Origin: Geotalea daltonii FRC-32
GTDB lineage: Bacteria > Desulfobacterota > Desulfuromonadia > Geobacterales > Geobacteraceae
Length of the DNA: 32,000 bases
Assembly: GCF_000022265.1 (NCBI RefSeq)
Contig: NC_011979.1
Coordinates: forward strand, 3,630,001-3,662,000
Reading direction: 5' to 3'
In this document: positions 1-8,598 of the stretch, piece by piece
How positions within the stretch are numbered: the stretch's first letter is position 1
How the letters are laid out: each line of letters opens with the position of its first letter
Made by a program: the position numbers and the translations under genes
Notes under the pieces: model-generated
Database searches by the model: none
What the model was told of the DNA's origin: nothing
The model's input: the letters and a program-made list of their open reading frames with translations, nothing else

Positions 1-858
1 ACGAAAGCCATCCAATGCGGCCTGACGCCTGTTCTGGGAAAGATTTCCCTGGAGGGAAGCGGCCCGGTAACCGGCTTTTTCCAGCTGCTCGCCGACACGC
101 TTGGCGCGGTGTTTTGTTTTGGTGAAGACCAGCACCGACTGCTTGTCGGTGTGGCGCAGCAGTTCCAGGAGCAGAGGGGTCTTGAGGTGTTGGGAAACCG
201 GATAGATTGCATGATTCACCGTAACCGGCGGAGCGGTGGATCCCACCTGCACCGTAACCGGGTTGTGCAAAATTTCTCCGGCCAGGCGTTTGATATCCGG
301 AGGCATGGTTGCCGAAAAGAGCAACGTCTGGCGCTTTTTCGGCAATTGTCCTAGGATGCGGCGGATGTCGGGAAGAAATCCCATGTCGAACATCTGGTCG
401 GCCTCATCCAGGACCAGCACTTCCAGATGGGATAGATCGATGGTCCTTTGGCCCATGTGGTCCAGGAGGCGTCCCGGACAGGCAACGACGATTTCCACGC
501 CATTTCTCAGCTTCTGTATCTGCGGATTGATGTTAACGCCGCCATAGACGGTGGCGCTCTTAAGGCGGGTCTGCTGTCCGAGCACCGTAATGGCCTCGTG
601 AATCTGCTCGGCCAGCTCCCTGGTCGGTGCGATAATCAGGGCGCGCACCCTGCCCCTCGGTCCCTCCATCAGCCTTTGCAGGATTGGCAGAACGAACGCG
701 GCTGTTTTTCCGGTGCCGGTCTGGGCCAGGCCCATGACATCCTTTCCATCCATAACAGGAGGAATTGCCTGGGTCTGAATCGGTGTCGGCGTCACATAGC
801 CTGCTTCCTTCACTGCGGCCGAGATAAGTGGGTGAAAATTAAATAACTGAAAATTCAT
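1..858 (-). CDS. DEAD-box ATP-dependent RNA helicase (RhlE/CsdA-like), first 286 codons; 3' end lies beyond the window
   Basis: Absent from the ORF track because it is open at the window edge. Reverse translation from ATG (856-858) gives MNFQLFNFHPLISAAVKEAGYVTPTPIQ (Q motif), AQTGTGKT (motif I), PTRELA (Ia), VLDEADQM (motif II, DEAD at 397-408) and SAT (III). The frame stays open to base 1. A GGA Shine-Dalgarno (SD) remnant lies 5 nt upstream. Confidence 0.92.
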   Translation of the reverse strand, partial: MNFQLFNFHPLISAAVKEAGYVTPTPIQTQAIPPVMDGKDVMGLAQTGTGKTAAFVLPILQRLMEGPRGRVRALIIAPTRELAEQIHEAITVLGQQTRLKSATVYGGVNINPQIQKLRNGVEIVVACPGRLLDHMGQRTIDLSHLEVLVLDEADQMFDMGFLPDIRRILGQLPKKRQTLLFSATMPPDIKRLAGEILHNPVTVQVGSTAPPVTVNHAIYPVSQHLKTPLLLELLRHTDKQSVLVFTKTKHRAKRVGEQLEKAGYRAASLQGNLSQNRRQAALDGFR

Positions 859-872
859 AAGATCCTTTTTTC

Positions 873-908
873 AAAAAAAAAGCCGCGGATTTCTCCGAGG
901 CTTTTTTT
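873..908 (-). terminator. Rho-independent terminator downstream of the cold-shock gene (bidirectional-looking)
   Basis: The stem is GCCGCGG (882-888) and CCGAGGC (895-901) with loop ATTTCT and one internal mismatch. It is flanked by A9 (873-881) and T7 (902-908), so either strand reads stem plus U-tract. On the minus strand the U9 tract ends 14 nt before the helicase ATG. Confidence 0.6.
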
Positions 909-931
909 GCGTTGACGAAGTACTACTTGCT

Positions 932-1132
932 TCAAATTCTGGTTACATTCGCGGCCTGAAGCCCTTTCGGACCCTTGGTGACCTCAAACTGAACCCTATC
1001 CCCCTCAGCAAGGGATTTGAATCCTTCGCCGCTGATGGCGGAAAAGTGGCAAAATACATCTTCGCCGTTTTCCTGCTCGAGAAATCCAAAACCTTTGCTG
1101 TCATTAAACCATTTTACTGTTCCGTTTACCAT
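932..1132 (-). CDS. Cold-shock protein, CspA family (CSD fold)
   Basis: 66 aa. [18 protein letters not shown] carries an RNP1-like KGFGF motif and DVFCHFSAI an RNP2-like motif. The length is typical of the family. Confidence 0.95.
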   Translation of the reverse strand: MVNGTVKWFNDSKGFGFLEQENGEDVFCHFSAISGEGFKSLAEGDRVQFEVTKGPKGLQAANVTRI

Positions 1133-1194
1133 TCGTTACTTTTCTCCGATTTCTTTACTGCTTGATATTATCCGGCATATTCCGGACCGAAGTC

Positions 1195-1224
1195 ACCATA
1201 ACAGCATTGTTTGTACGGAGTCAA
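1195..1224 (-). promoter_or_regulatory. Candidate sigma70-type promoter of the cold-shock gene
   Basis: On the minus strand: TTGACT (1224-1219), 18 nt, TATGGT (1200-1195). An A/T-rich UP-like tract lies upstream (1225-1255). This would give a 5' UTR of about 55 nt containing the small palindrome TCCGGCATATTCCGGA. Confidence 0.35.
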
Positions 1225-1293
1225 GCTAATAAAAATAAATATTAAAATATTTTTCCAGAGGCGGCCTGGGTCTGCAACCGCAGTCGATGGGTT

Positions 1294-1584
1294 TTATTCT
1301 ACGCCGGTCATGAGATTCACGGCTTTATCCGCCATCAGGGTTTCGGTAGCCTTCACATAAGCGGTGAAATGAGGCGATGCCATGTGCCGGTCCAGGGCAT
1401 CCTTGTTCTGCCAGTTTTCGTAGAAAATAAAGATGGCCGGGTCATGGTTATCCTGGTGCAGCCGGTACTCGATGCATCCTTCCTCTTTCCGGGTGGGTGG
1501 GATCAGTTTGAACAGCTCCGCCTTCAATGCCTCGATGGATTCCTTTTTTGCCACTACCTTTGCCACGACGGTCAAGTGTGCCAT
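1294..1584 (-). CDS. Antibiotic-biosynthesis-monooxygenase (ABM) domain protein, putative quinol monooxygenase
   Basis: This is the track ORF 1294..1740 trimmed to the internal ATG at 1584, which is preceded by AAGGAGAA. The 96-aa product MAHLTVVAKVVAKKE...EEGCIEYRLHQD..DPAIFIFYENWQNKDALDRHMASPHF fits the ABM dimeric alpha/beta-barrel pattern. Confidence 0.8.
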   Translation of the reverse strand: MAHLTVVAKVVAKKESIEALKAELFKLIPPTRKEEGCIEYRLHQDNHDPAIFIFYENWQNKDALDRHMASPHFTAYVKATETLMADKAVNLMTGVE

Positions 1585-1651
1585 GATACCTTCTCCTTTA
1601 CTATGTTTACAGGTTACGGCGCAGCATAACAAAACAATGCTGCCAGGGCAA

Positions 1652-2863
1652 TCATGGATATTTTTTCCCTTCCAGCATCCTGAGCATCTCCACACGCTTT
1701 TGCAAAATGAAGTCGGCACGCTTTTCTGCCGGAATGGCACAAAGCCGCTCTATCTCGATCCCCAGTTCCGCCGTAGTCATGGCGGCAACTTTCACCGCTG
1801 TTTCCCAGCCGAGGGGTATGGTGTTCTCCGGCTTGTCGGCCCCGGCGATCACCGGCAAGATCGAGGCAATACCCGCCTTGGCGGCCTGTTCCGCACTCCT
1901 GATCCTGGTAGAAGAGCGCAGCTCAGCCCATTTGTTCAGATGCATATGGAGCCGGCTTGTCCAGGAAAGAGCCTTCATGTAACTGGCAGGCAGACACAGA
2001 CGCCTGCCCAGACGGTGTCCCATATGGAATCCTGCCTCTTCGTGGCCATGATGCCTGGGATACAGGTCAGGACCGGTGGCCAGCTTGCCGATATCGTGAA
2101 AAAAAGCACAGAAGCGGGCCAGCGGGTCGCCGGTCACCGCTGCGGTCCGTTGCAGCACCTGCAGGGAGTGGGTGAACAGGTCTCCCTCTGGATGATGCTC
2201 CAGGGGGCCGGCCGGGACTTTCGTCATGGAGAACAGCTCGGGCAGCCACTCCTTGCCCACCCGGCACGCCAGCATCCGCTGAAAGAATATCCCCGGCTCC
2301 TTGCCGCCGAGGGCCTTGAGCATTTCCCGGCTGAATCGTTCCACCGGGATATGGCCGAGCCTGGCAGTCCAGTCCCTACCCAGGATCAGCGCCTTGGACC
2401 CGGTTGTCATCTGCCAGCCGTCCGCCTCGAAACGGAAGGCCCTGAAGATCCTCAAGGGGTCGTCGGCAAAAGTATTGTCGGTACAGGCCTGCAAAAGGCC
2501 TTCCCGCAAGTGGCGGCTCCCGTCAAGGGGATCGTATAGCATACCGGAAAGATGCATGGCAATAGCGTTGATGGTGAAGTCACGGCGGCGCAGGTCCTCA
2601 ATGAGGGACTCTTCCCTGAGCTGAATGATCTCGATCTTCCCCAGTTCAGGGTGGCACTGGAACCAGATGGGGACGGTCGTCTTGCCCGTGATCGGGTAAA
2701 ACCCGCAGCTACGGAGCGTTTCATCGGGAAGCGCCGCCACCAGGTCGATATCTTCGCTCTCCTTGCCGAGTAGGAAGTCACGGACACTCCCCCCTACCAC
2801 ATAAATATGTTCATGGCAGTCGGTTGGGAAAAGCGCCTGCAGGGAGATCAGCAAATCCTTCAT
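1652..2863 (-). CDS. cca: CCA-adding enzyme / tRNA nucleotidyltransferase with C-terminal HD domain
   Basis: This is the track ORF 1652..2926 trimmed to the ATG at 2863 (GGAG upstream), which avoids overlapping the upstream gene. The PolyA_pol head shows VVGGSVRDFLLGKESEDIDLV and RRRDFTINAIA. The HD part shows HSLQVL...FFHDIGK. Confidence 0.8.
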   Translation of the reverse strand: MKDLLISLQALFPTDCHEHIYVVGGSVRDFLLGKESEDIDLVAALPDETLRSCGFYPITGKTTVPIWFQCHPELGKIEIIQLREESLIEDLRRRDFTINAIAMHLSGMLYDPLDGSRHLREGLLQACTDNTFADDPLRIFRAFRFEADGWQMTTGSKALILGRDWTARLGHIPVERFSREMLKALGGKEPGIFFQRMLACRVGKEWLPELFSMTKVPAGPLEHHPEGDLFTHSLQVLQRTAAVTGDPLARFCAFFHDIGKLATGPDLYPRHHGHEEAGFHMGHRLGRRLCLPASYMKALSWTSRLHMHLNKWAELRSSTRIRSAEQAAKAGIASILPVIAGADKPENTIPLGWETAVKVAAMTTAELGIEIERLCAIPAEKRADFILQKRVEMLRMLEGKKYP

Positions 2864-2882
2864 GGATTCTCCATACTCCTCA

Positions 2883-4040
2883 CTACAACCGCACCTTCGG
2901 CCGCCTGTCGCTCTTCGTAGCCGCAACCAGCCCTGTCCCTTGCGGTTTCCTCACCCAGGCTACCTGCGATTCCCTGGAAAGCCCGGCAAAACGATACCCT
3001 TCCCGCTTGAGCCTCGGCACCAGTTCCTTCAGCGCCGCCAGGGTTTCCTGGTGCCCCGCTCCGTCGTGGAACAGTATGACGATATTTTCCCGATGCCGGT
3101 TCTTCAACTGGTTCAGCACGCTTCTGGCAATGAATGCATGATTACCCAGCCCTTCCGGCCTGGTATCGTTGCTGTCTACGTCCCAATCGATAATCTGTAC
3201 CGACGGATCGCTGATTTGGGAGATTCGGCGCCGGATGGTGTTCGACCCGTACGGAATGCGGACCAGAAGTCCGTCTCCTCCAAGCTGGTCCAGGAGTGCC
3301 GCTGTTCTTGCAATTTCGCCGTTGAGGGCCGATGGGCTGGCGGATAACCTTCTGGCATCATGGGTAAAGGTATGGTTGGCGACCGTATGGCCATTGCCGA
3401 TGGTATCTTTCACAAGCTGTTCGTGTCCCTTGATATTCCGCCCCACGGCAAAAAAGGTAGCGTTAATCCCTTCGGACTTGAGATATCGGGCGATGGTGAG
3501 GGTGAGCGGCGAGGGCCCGTCATCGAAGGTAAGATAAAGGGTCCGTTTGGCCCCCTTGCGATTGGCCTTTTCCGGCGAGCCGGCCGGCCTGGCAGCTGGC
3601 TCGGCCGGGCGAAGGGAAAGGATCTCTTCGTTTGCCAGGGCCGCCTGTTCTTTGGCTTGCAGAATTGCACGCTCCCGTGCCCGTTCCAGGGAAGCCCTGT
3701 TTGCTTCGCCCGCCCCATGGAGAAGCTGGGCAGTTTTTGCAATGACATTTTTATGCAGCATCCTCCCCTTGATGACGGTCAGCTGGTAAAACCGGTCGGC
3801 CTCTTCATCCTTTCCCTGCTGCAACAGGAGTTCGGCCTGGGAAAAGGCGATATGGACACTCTCGAATTCAGTGGGCAGGTGCTTATCGGCACTTTCCTGG
3901 CGGGCAGCGTGTAAGGCGTTAACGGCGTCGTCCCGCCAGGGAGACGGGGTTGTGGAGCATGCAGAAAGACACAGGGAGGCAATCAGCAGGAGGAACCAGT
4001 GCCTTCGGTTGAATGATGCTTTGAATATGCCTTCAGCCAT
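2883..4040 (-). CDS. Polysaccharide deacetylase (NodB homology domain) lipoprotein
   Basis: NodB motifs are present: LTFDDGP, ANHTFTHD and LVRIPYGS. The N-terminus carries a lipobox (LCLSAC|S). The track start at 4061 is GTG. The ATG at 4040 is preferred because GAGGGAAGGGA lies upstream, so the start is uncertain by 21 nt. Confidence 0.85.
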   Translation of the reverse strand: MAEGIFKASFNRRHWFLLLIASLCLSACSTTPSPWRDDAVNALHAARQESADKHLPTEFESVHIAFSQAELLLQQGKDEEADRFYQLTVIKGRMLHKNVIAKTAQLLHGAGEANRASLERARERAILQAKEQAALANEEILSLRPAEPAARPAGSPEKANRKGAKRTLYLTFDDGPSPLTLTIARYLKSEGINATFFAVGRNIKGHEQLVKDTIGNGHTVANHTFTHDARRLSASPSALNGEIARTAALLDQLGGDGLLVRIPYGSNTIRRRISQISDPSVQIIDWDVDSNDTRPEGLGNHAFIARSVLNQLKNRHRENIVILFHDGAGHQETLAALKELVPRLKREGYRFAGLSRESQVAWVRKPQGTGLVAATKSDRRPKVRL

Positions 4041-4287
4041 TACGTCCCTTCCCTCATTCACAATACATTTAGATCAGGCGGCGATTTCACCCTTTATACA
4101 TCACATGCAGCAGAATTCAATACGCAAAAAACAACAAGTATTCGTAGCATTGTAACGTCATAGCGTCAAGACGTTGCATGCATGGTATGTTATTGAGAAA
4201 GTCGGTAAGTCGATCTTGCTTTTAAATATGGAATCACAAAACCAGTAGTACCACAACGTTTAGCTTGACAACACAGCTAGTTACAAA

Positions 4288-4317
4288 GAAAGCCGGTTCT
4301 GGTATGAACCGGCTTTC
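4288..4317 (-). terminator. Rho-independent terminator closing the giant-protein operon
   Basis: A perfect 12-bp stem, GAAAGCCGGTTC (4288-4299) and GAACCGGCTTTC (4306-4317), with a 6-nt loop. It starts 25 nt after the stop at 4342 and on the minus strand is followed by TTTGT. Confidence 0.75.
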
Positions 4318-4341
4318 CTGTAGATCCATTTCCATACGGTA

Positions 4342-7300
4342 CTACTGCTTCTGATACCACCTGCCTGAAAAGCTTACCAGCAGCTTGTCCAGCTCCCTCC
4401 TTATAGGGGCGGTATCAACAGTATGAATATCCACCATTGCACCGATCGCTTTAAGCAACTCGTGAATTATTGCATCTAATTCGATAACGGTGTACGAGGC
4501 CTGTATCGTTACCTTACTCATTGCTGTTAGTGCTGTTGCAACATTTGCATTTTCTTCATTGGTAAGCGGATAAAGGTTGGCAAGCTGCATTCTTACTATA
4601 TCAATTGACTCTGCCGTATCACTGGATATTGCCGGCGCAACCGCATAACGTCCAGTCTCATCCCAGATACCGTCAACGGAATAACTGATGCTGCTTTCAA
4701 GGGTATACTCCCCCTTCTCAACCGGCAACTGAGCGTAATAGAGCATGGTCTTCTTCTCGTCCGGCATCAGCATGAGATTGTAAACCCATGGGTTATCAGT
4801 AATCCATTGACCCGACGCCGGATCGAACAATCTCACACCGGCAGGGTACGACTCGCTGATCTTCAGGCTGAATTCGTCAGCCAGGCTTTTTACCGTGAGT
4901 TCAACCGGAACCATCTGCCCCGGTCCGTAAGAGACGGTTGAAGCCGGCTGATGGATATGGCGGAAAGCATTGGTCAGGAGCTGGGCAAAGGCATCATAGT
5001 TGCGACTGGTCATGCCCAGGTCGAAGCCAAGGAACACCACATTGCCCAAGCCATACTGTCGCACGATCACAGCCGGATACCTGGTCGGTTTGTTGTTGCT
5101 AACCTCGGTGATCCACCCGACAACCTCAGCAGGATTGACCGCTTCCACCTTGATCGACCGGCCATAGGACTGCAGGCTGCCGGCAGCGGAGATCGGACTT
5201 GACGCTAATTCCACAAGGTAATCGCTTCCCGAAGCTACTCCTATGGTCTTGATGCCAAACATCGCCTCGTTCAGATTGTTCCTGGTAAACGGCGAGGAGA
5301 TCAGCCCTTTCCCGCGATTTACTTGCTCTCGCAATTCTTCAGAGAAGTGGTCCTCGGTGGGAAGCTGATCGCCAAGGATGAGGTAATCAGTATAGATTTG
5401 ATTGCGGATTTCACGTTCGAAATCTTTCTTGTCGGTTACGATGGTATAAAGCACCCCGGCCTCGCGGAGCGCCCGCTCCACAGGTGGCCGCTCAGGACAG
5501 TTCTGGCCGCTTGTCCAGGGGTAGTCGAGCCATACAAGTACGTTGCCGATACCCGAAACAGCTTTCGTCACCTCAAGTTTAGGCTTAACGGGAACGACCA
5601 CTTCGAAATTGGCGCGGGCCAGAGTCTTGGTTTGAGAGCTCCCTGAAAGGGTTGCTTTCAGGAAGGCTGCGTAGGTGCCGACGTTGAGCCCGGCAGTGGA
5701 AACGGTCAGGTTATCGGCACTGGTTGCCCCCATCGGCAGCGTAATGGACGCAGGCAGGGTTTGTTTCACCTCCATGGTGACAGCATCGGCAATGACTATG
5801 CTTAGTGCAAGATTGAACAGATCTTCATTACCAGTATTGGTCACCGTATAGGCGATTTTCTCCTCTAGCCCCTGATATACCGGACTTGGCTGGGCGGTTA
5901 TGGTGCCGCTGACCCCTACCCCGGTTGCGGATGTACCCAGGATGTCGAATGCGGTGGAGGAAGTGGTGAGCAGGCCGGAGGCGTCACTCACCTCAAGCTG
6001 TGCCATATATTTCCCTTTGGCATGGGAGCCGCTGTTCCAGTCGCTCCTCAGGTCGGTGCTCTGCCCCTGCAGCAGCGTCTTGATCACTTTATCATCGGAA
6101 AAGACCTTGTTACCGGCGCTGTCGGTAACGGTTACGCGCGCAGTAAGATCTTGCAGTACGTAGTTAGGGCTCGTACTCCGAATGGTGGAAGTTATAACCA
6201 CCGGTTGATAGGAGACATACGCGGCCTTGTCGCTGCTGATGTTAGATGTGGCGCTTCTCTCCGGAGTCACTTTAAAGGGGGCGAAGGATTCTCCTACCTG
6301 TTTGCCGTTGTCGAGAAGAAGCAGATGAGCCCTGTAGTCACCCGGGTAGCTGGTCCCGGTATTGTAGGTTACGGTAAAGCTTTGCGGGGTGCCGACGGCG
6401 AAGGGGACGGCCGGGCGGGTTTCCTGCCCCAGGACATTCCCCATTGCGTCCTCTATAAGGATTTTGACGTCGACTGAACGCTGGTACTGCCCCACGTTTT
6501 TCACGGTTGCACTGACCAGCGCATCTGCATTGGGACCATAAGACGGTTTGTCCGTCGCAATTGCAGTTTCGAAAGCTGATGTCAGCACCTGGGCCAAAAG
6601 GGAGCCTAACTCGGTGCGGACCGGCTGACCGTTCACGGCGTTGTACAGCAGTTCCACCTTATGGGTCACCAACCGTTGCTCGCCGGGGACAGGATTTTTC
6701 AGGATGACGTCGAAGGCGATATCGGTCGACAGATCGGCAGGAAAGCTGTCATATCGCCATTCGATCACCGTGGTGTCTTCGAGGTTCGTCACGCTGTAGG
6801 GGGCTTTGGTGAACGAGTTGGTATCAACCTGGATATCCTTGGTCGAAACGGTATCGATAATCCGGACAGCGGTCAAGGTCGGTACCAGCGACAAGGTGAT
6901 GGGTGAGAGCACTTCATTGCCGACGCCGTCCGTTACCCGGAGCAAGCCGCTTCCCGGCAGAGCCGAATCTATCAAGGTCACACTGAAGCCAACCGACAGT
7001 GCACCCGGCACAAAGGCAAGAGTGGTCAATTTGAGGTTGTTCGCCCCCGGCTCCAGCTCAATTTTGAAGACACCGGTATCACGGTCCAGGTATCCGTTGC
7101 CGTTAAGATCTTCTCCGGCATCCAGCTTGCCGTTACCATTCACGTCTTCACTGCGACGATCGACCACGCCGTTGCCGTTCAGGTCCTCTCCCGCATCGAG
7201 CACACCGTTGGCATTGATATCCTCGCTATCGGTAGCGGTCCCCCAGATAGTGTCGTTTATCTGGTTCAGTCTGACATTTGGCGCGTAGGTATCCCCCATG

Positions 7301-8598
7301 GGATTGATGAACTCGTAGGCCATCCCTCCGGGATACCCATAGGAATCGTAACTGCCGAAACCGTAGACATAGATGCCGAAGGGGACACTCCCTGTGATGG
7401 TATGAGACCCGAGGCTGATGGGAACCTGCCCGCCGCTGAATCCGCTGGAGCCGACCGGGGAAAACAGCGCGGCATTGACCGGTGTGCCGTCAAGCAGCAG
7501 AGACGACACCGACGAGGTCGGGACCACGACATTGACATAATTCCTGCTGAACCCGCCGGACGGAGTGCTGAAGGTGTACTGGTTCAAGAACTGCTCAGTC
7601 GGTGGAATGAGCATCATGAAAGGGTCCGAGACCACACCATCGAAATCCTGTCCCGCAGAGTATTGGGACACCAGTACCGGCGCACTGGCCTCGATTTGGG
7701 AGCGAGCAGTCAAGATTTTCTCGAAAAATCTCCCGCGGTTGATCGTCGCAGCCAAGGCGCCATTGATGTACACCTTGGTGTCATCTTGGGAAGCAAGGAT
7801 CCTGTAGGGATCACCCTTCAAACGCGTCGCCAGGGGAACCGTCAGGAACGATTTTCCCCAGGTGGCGACCGGAGGCATCATTTCCACAATGTGGTCACAG
7901 GCCCAATAACCCACCGGAACGTTGACGCATTGCACACCGCTCATGACCGACACCGGTGCCGTCGCGGTCACAATGGTTCCGGTCAGGTCTGCGGTGCCGG
8001 AGCCGCGAACCTCATAGGTGTCGCCGCGATTGAGCCGGATGGTGTACGGGACCCCTGCCGCCCTGCCGTCGGCCGCATTCGAGGGAGTGATGGTGACTTC
8101 GGTATTATCATACGCCCCAACAACCGCAACCTGAGACGGCTCATACTGTATGTTTAAGCCGTTATAGCTCATGGCTATATACTCCAGCCCCAGAATGTCG
8201 GTCGGAAGAGCCAGGAAGGCATCGGTTGAAGCAGTCCTTTGATTGAGGGCGTATATGGTCACTTCCTTTTGCGCCGTCACGTGGATACCCAGCCTAGCAA
8301 CCACGTTGCTTCCCAACCGTTGCGCTGATTCTGGAATGCTGATGGTGGTAACCTGGTTTGCCACAACGGTGAAGGTGGTACTGAAATTTATGCCCGCTAT
8401 TTCAACGACACCCTGAGTATCCTCCTTGCCGGTTATGAACAGAGCAAGGTTGGAGGTATTGGTGTAGTTTTCCTGAAAGGCGAAATAGAAGTCTTTGCCT
8501 GAGCTGTCGGAAGCCGCCCGTGATGCCACCGGCATCGTCAACAGCAGGGCAAAAAACGCGCTGAAAAGAAATTTCAATGTATGTTGAGTGGCTCTCAT
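4342..8598 (-). CDS. Giant secreted protein 3 (1418 aa): IgGFc-binding-protein-N-terminal-like domain, acidic Ca-binding loop repeats, beta-sandwich (CARDB/MG-like) modules, and a possible GATase1-like module
   Basis: The ATG at 8598 overlaps the upstream stop (ATGA, 8595-8598). Sec signal: MRATQHTLKFLFSAFFALLLTMPVASRA|AS. Residues ~33-430 carry GKDFYFAFQEN, WACDHIVEMMPP..WGK, DPFMMLIPPTEQ and YVYGFGSYDSYGYPGG. Residues 457-507 hold four D/N-x-N-G-N-G-x-x-D loops. Residues ~1000-1200 (VLVWLD...YDYLILGD...GKGLI...GLGNVVFLGFD) resemble a class I glutamine-amidotransferase-like fold, which is a weak by-eye call. Confidence 0.85.
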   Translation of the reverse strand: MRATQHTLKFLFSAFFALLLTMPVASRAASDSSGKDFYFAFQENYTNTSNLALFITGKEDTQGVVEIAGINFSTTFTVVANQVTTISIPESAQRLGSNVVARLGIHVTAQKEVTIYALNQRTASTDAFLALPTDILGLEYIAMSYNGLNIQYEPSQVAVVGAYDNTEVTITPSNAADGRAAGVPYTIRLNRGDTYEVRGSGTADLTGTIVTATAPVSVMSGVQCVNVPVGYWACDHIVEMMPPVATWGKSFLTVPLATRLKGDPYRILASQDDTKVYINGALAATINRGRFFEKILTARSQIEASAPVLVSQYSAGQDFDGVVSDPFMMLIPPTEQFLNQYTFSTPSGGFSRNYVNVVVPTSSVSSLLLDGTPVNAALFSPVGSSGFSGGQVPISLGSHTITGSVPFGIYVYGFGSYDSYGYPGGMAYEFINPMGDTYAPNVRLNQINDTIWGTATDSEDINANGVLDAGEDLNGNGVVDRRSEDVNGNGKLDAGEDLNGNGYLDRDTGVFKIELEPGANNLKLTTLAFVPGALSVGFSVTLIDSALPGSGLLRVTDGVGNEVLSPITLSLVPTLTAVRIIDTVSTKDIQVDTNSFTKAPYSVTNLEDTTVIEWRYDSFPADLSTDIAFDVILKNPVPGEQRLVTHKVELLYNAVNGQPVRTELGSLLAQVLTSAFETAIATDKPSYGPNADALVSATVKNVGQYQRSVDVKILIEDAMGNVLGQETRPAVPFAVGTPQSFTVTYNTGTSYPGDYRAHLLLLDNGKQVGESFAPFKVTPERSATSNISSDKAAYVSYQPVVITSTIRSTSPNYVLQDLTARVTVTDSAGNKVFSDDKVIKTLLQGQSTDLRSDWNSGSHAKGKYMAQLEVSDASGLLTTSSTAFDILGTSATGVGVSGTITAQPSPVYQGLEEKIAYTVTNTGNEDLFNLALSIVIADAVTMEVKQTLPASITLPMGATSADNLTVSTAGLNVGTYAAFLKATLSGSSQTKTLARANFEVVVPVKPKLEVTKAVSGIGNVLVWLDYPWTSGQNCPERPPVERALREAGVLYTIVTDKKDFEREIRNQIYTDYLILGDQLPTEDHFSEELREQVNRGKGLISSPFTRNNLNEAMFGIKTIGVASGSDYLVELASSPISAAGSLQSYGRSIKVEAVNPAEVVGWITEVSNNKPTRYPAVIVRQYGLGNVVFLGFDLGMTSRNYDAFAQLLTNAFRHIHQPASTVSYGPGQMVPVELTVKSLADEFSLKISESYPAGVRLFDPASGQWITDNPWVYNLMLMPDEKKTMLYYAQLPVEKGEYTLESSISYSVDGIWDETGRYAVAPAISSDTAESIDIVRMQLANLYPLTNEENANVATALTAMSKVTIQASYTVIELDAIIHELLKAIGAMVDIHTVDTAPIRRELDKLLVSFSGRWYQKQ
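7078..7230 (-). repeat. Four tandem 12-13-residue acidic loop repeats (thrombospondin-type-3/EF-hand-like Ca-binding) inside giant protein 3
   Basis: The translated segment is DSEDINANGVLDAGEDLNGNGVVDRRSEDVNGNGKLDAGEDLNGNGYLDRD. This is not the RTX GGxGxD nonapeptide. Confidence 0.7.

Noticed and set aside
1433-2539. Long ORFs in the track that lie antisense to, or out of frame with, strong genes. Examples: 1433..2539 (+), 3360..3914 (+), 7402..8157 (+), 9741..10310 (+), 13129..13599 (+), 25710..26634 (+), 26918..27490 (+), 28089..28559 (-), 30290..30763 (-), 31286..31993 (-).
   Set aside because: Each lies entirely within a gene that has clear family motifs on the other strand or frame. Their translations are low-complexity, Arg/Pro/Gly-rich strings typical of shadow ORFs in GC-rich DNA. 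None has a convincing SD or a recognisable motif.
4147-4181. An imperfect palindrome upstream of the deacetylase gene as a defined operator.
   Set aside because: Only a 6-bp perfect core (AACGTC/GACGTT) with ragged flanks is present, and I know of no motif it matches. It is mentioned only as part of the AT-rich border.
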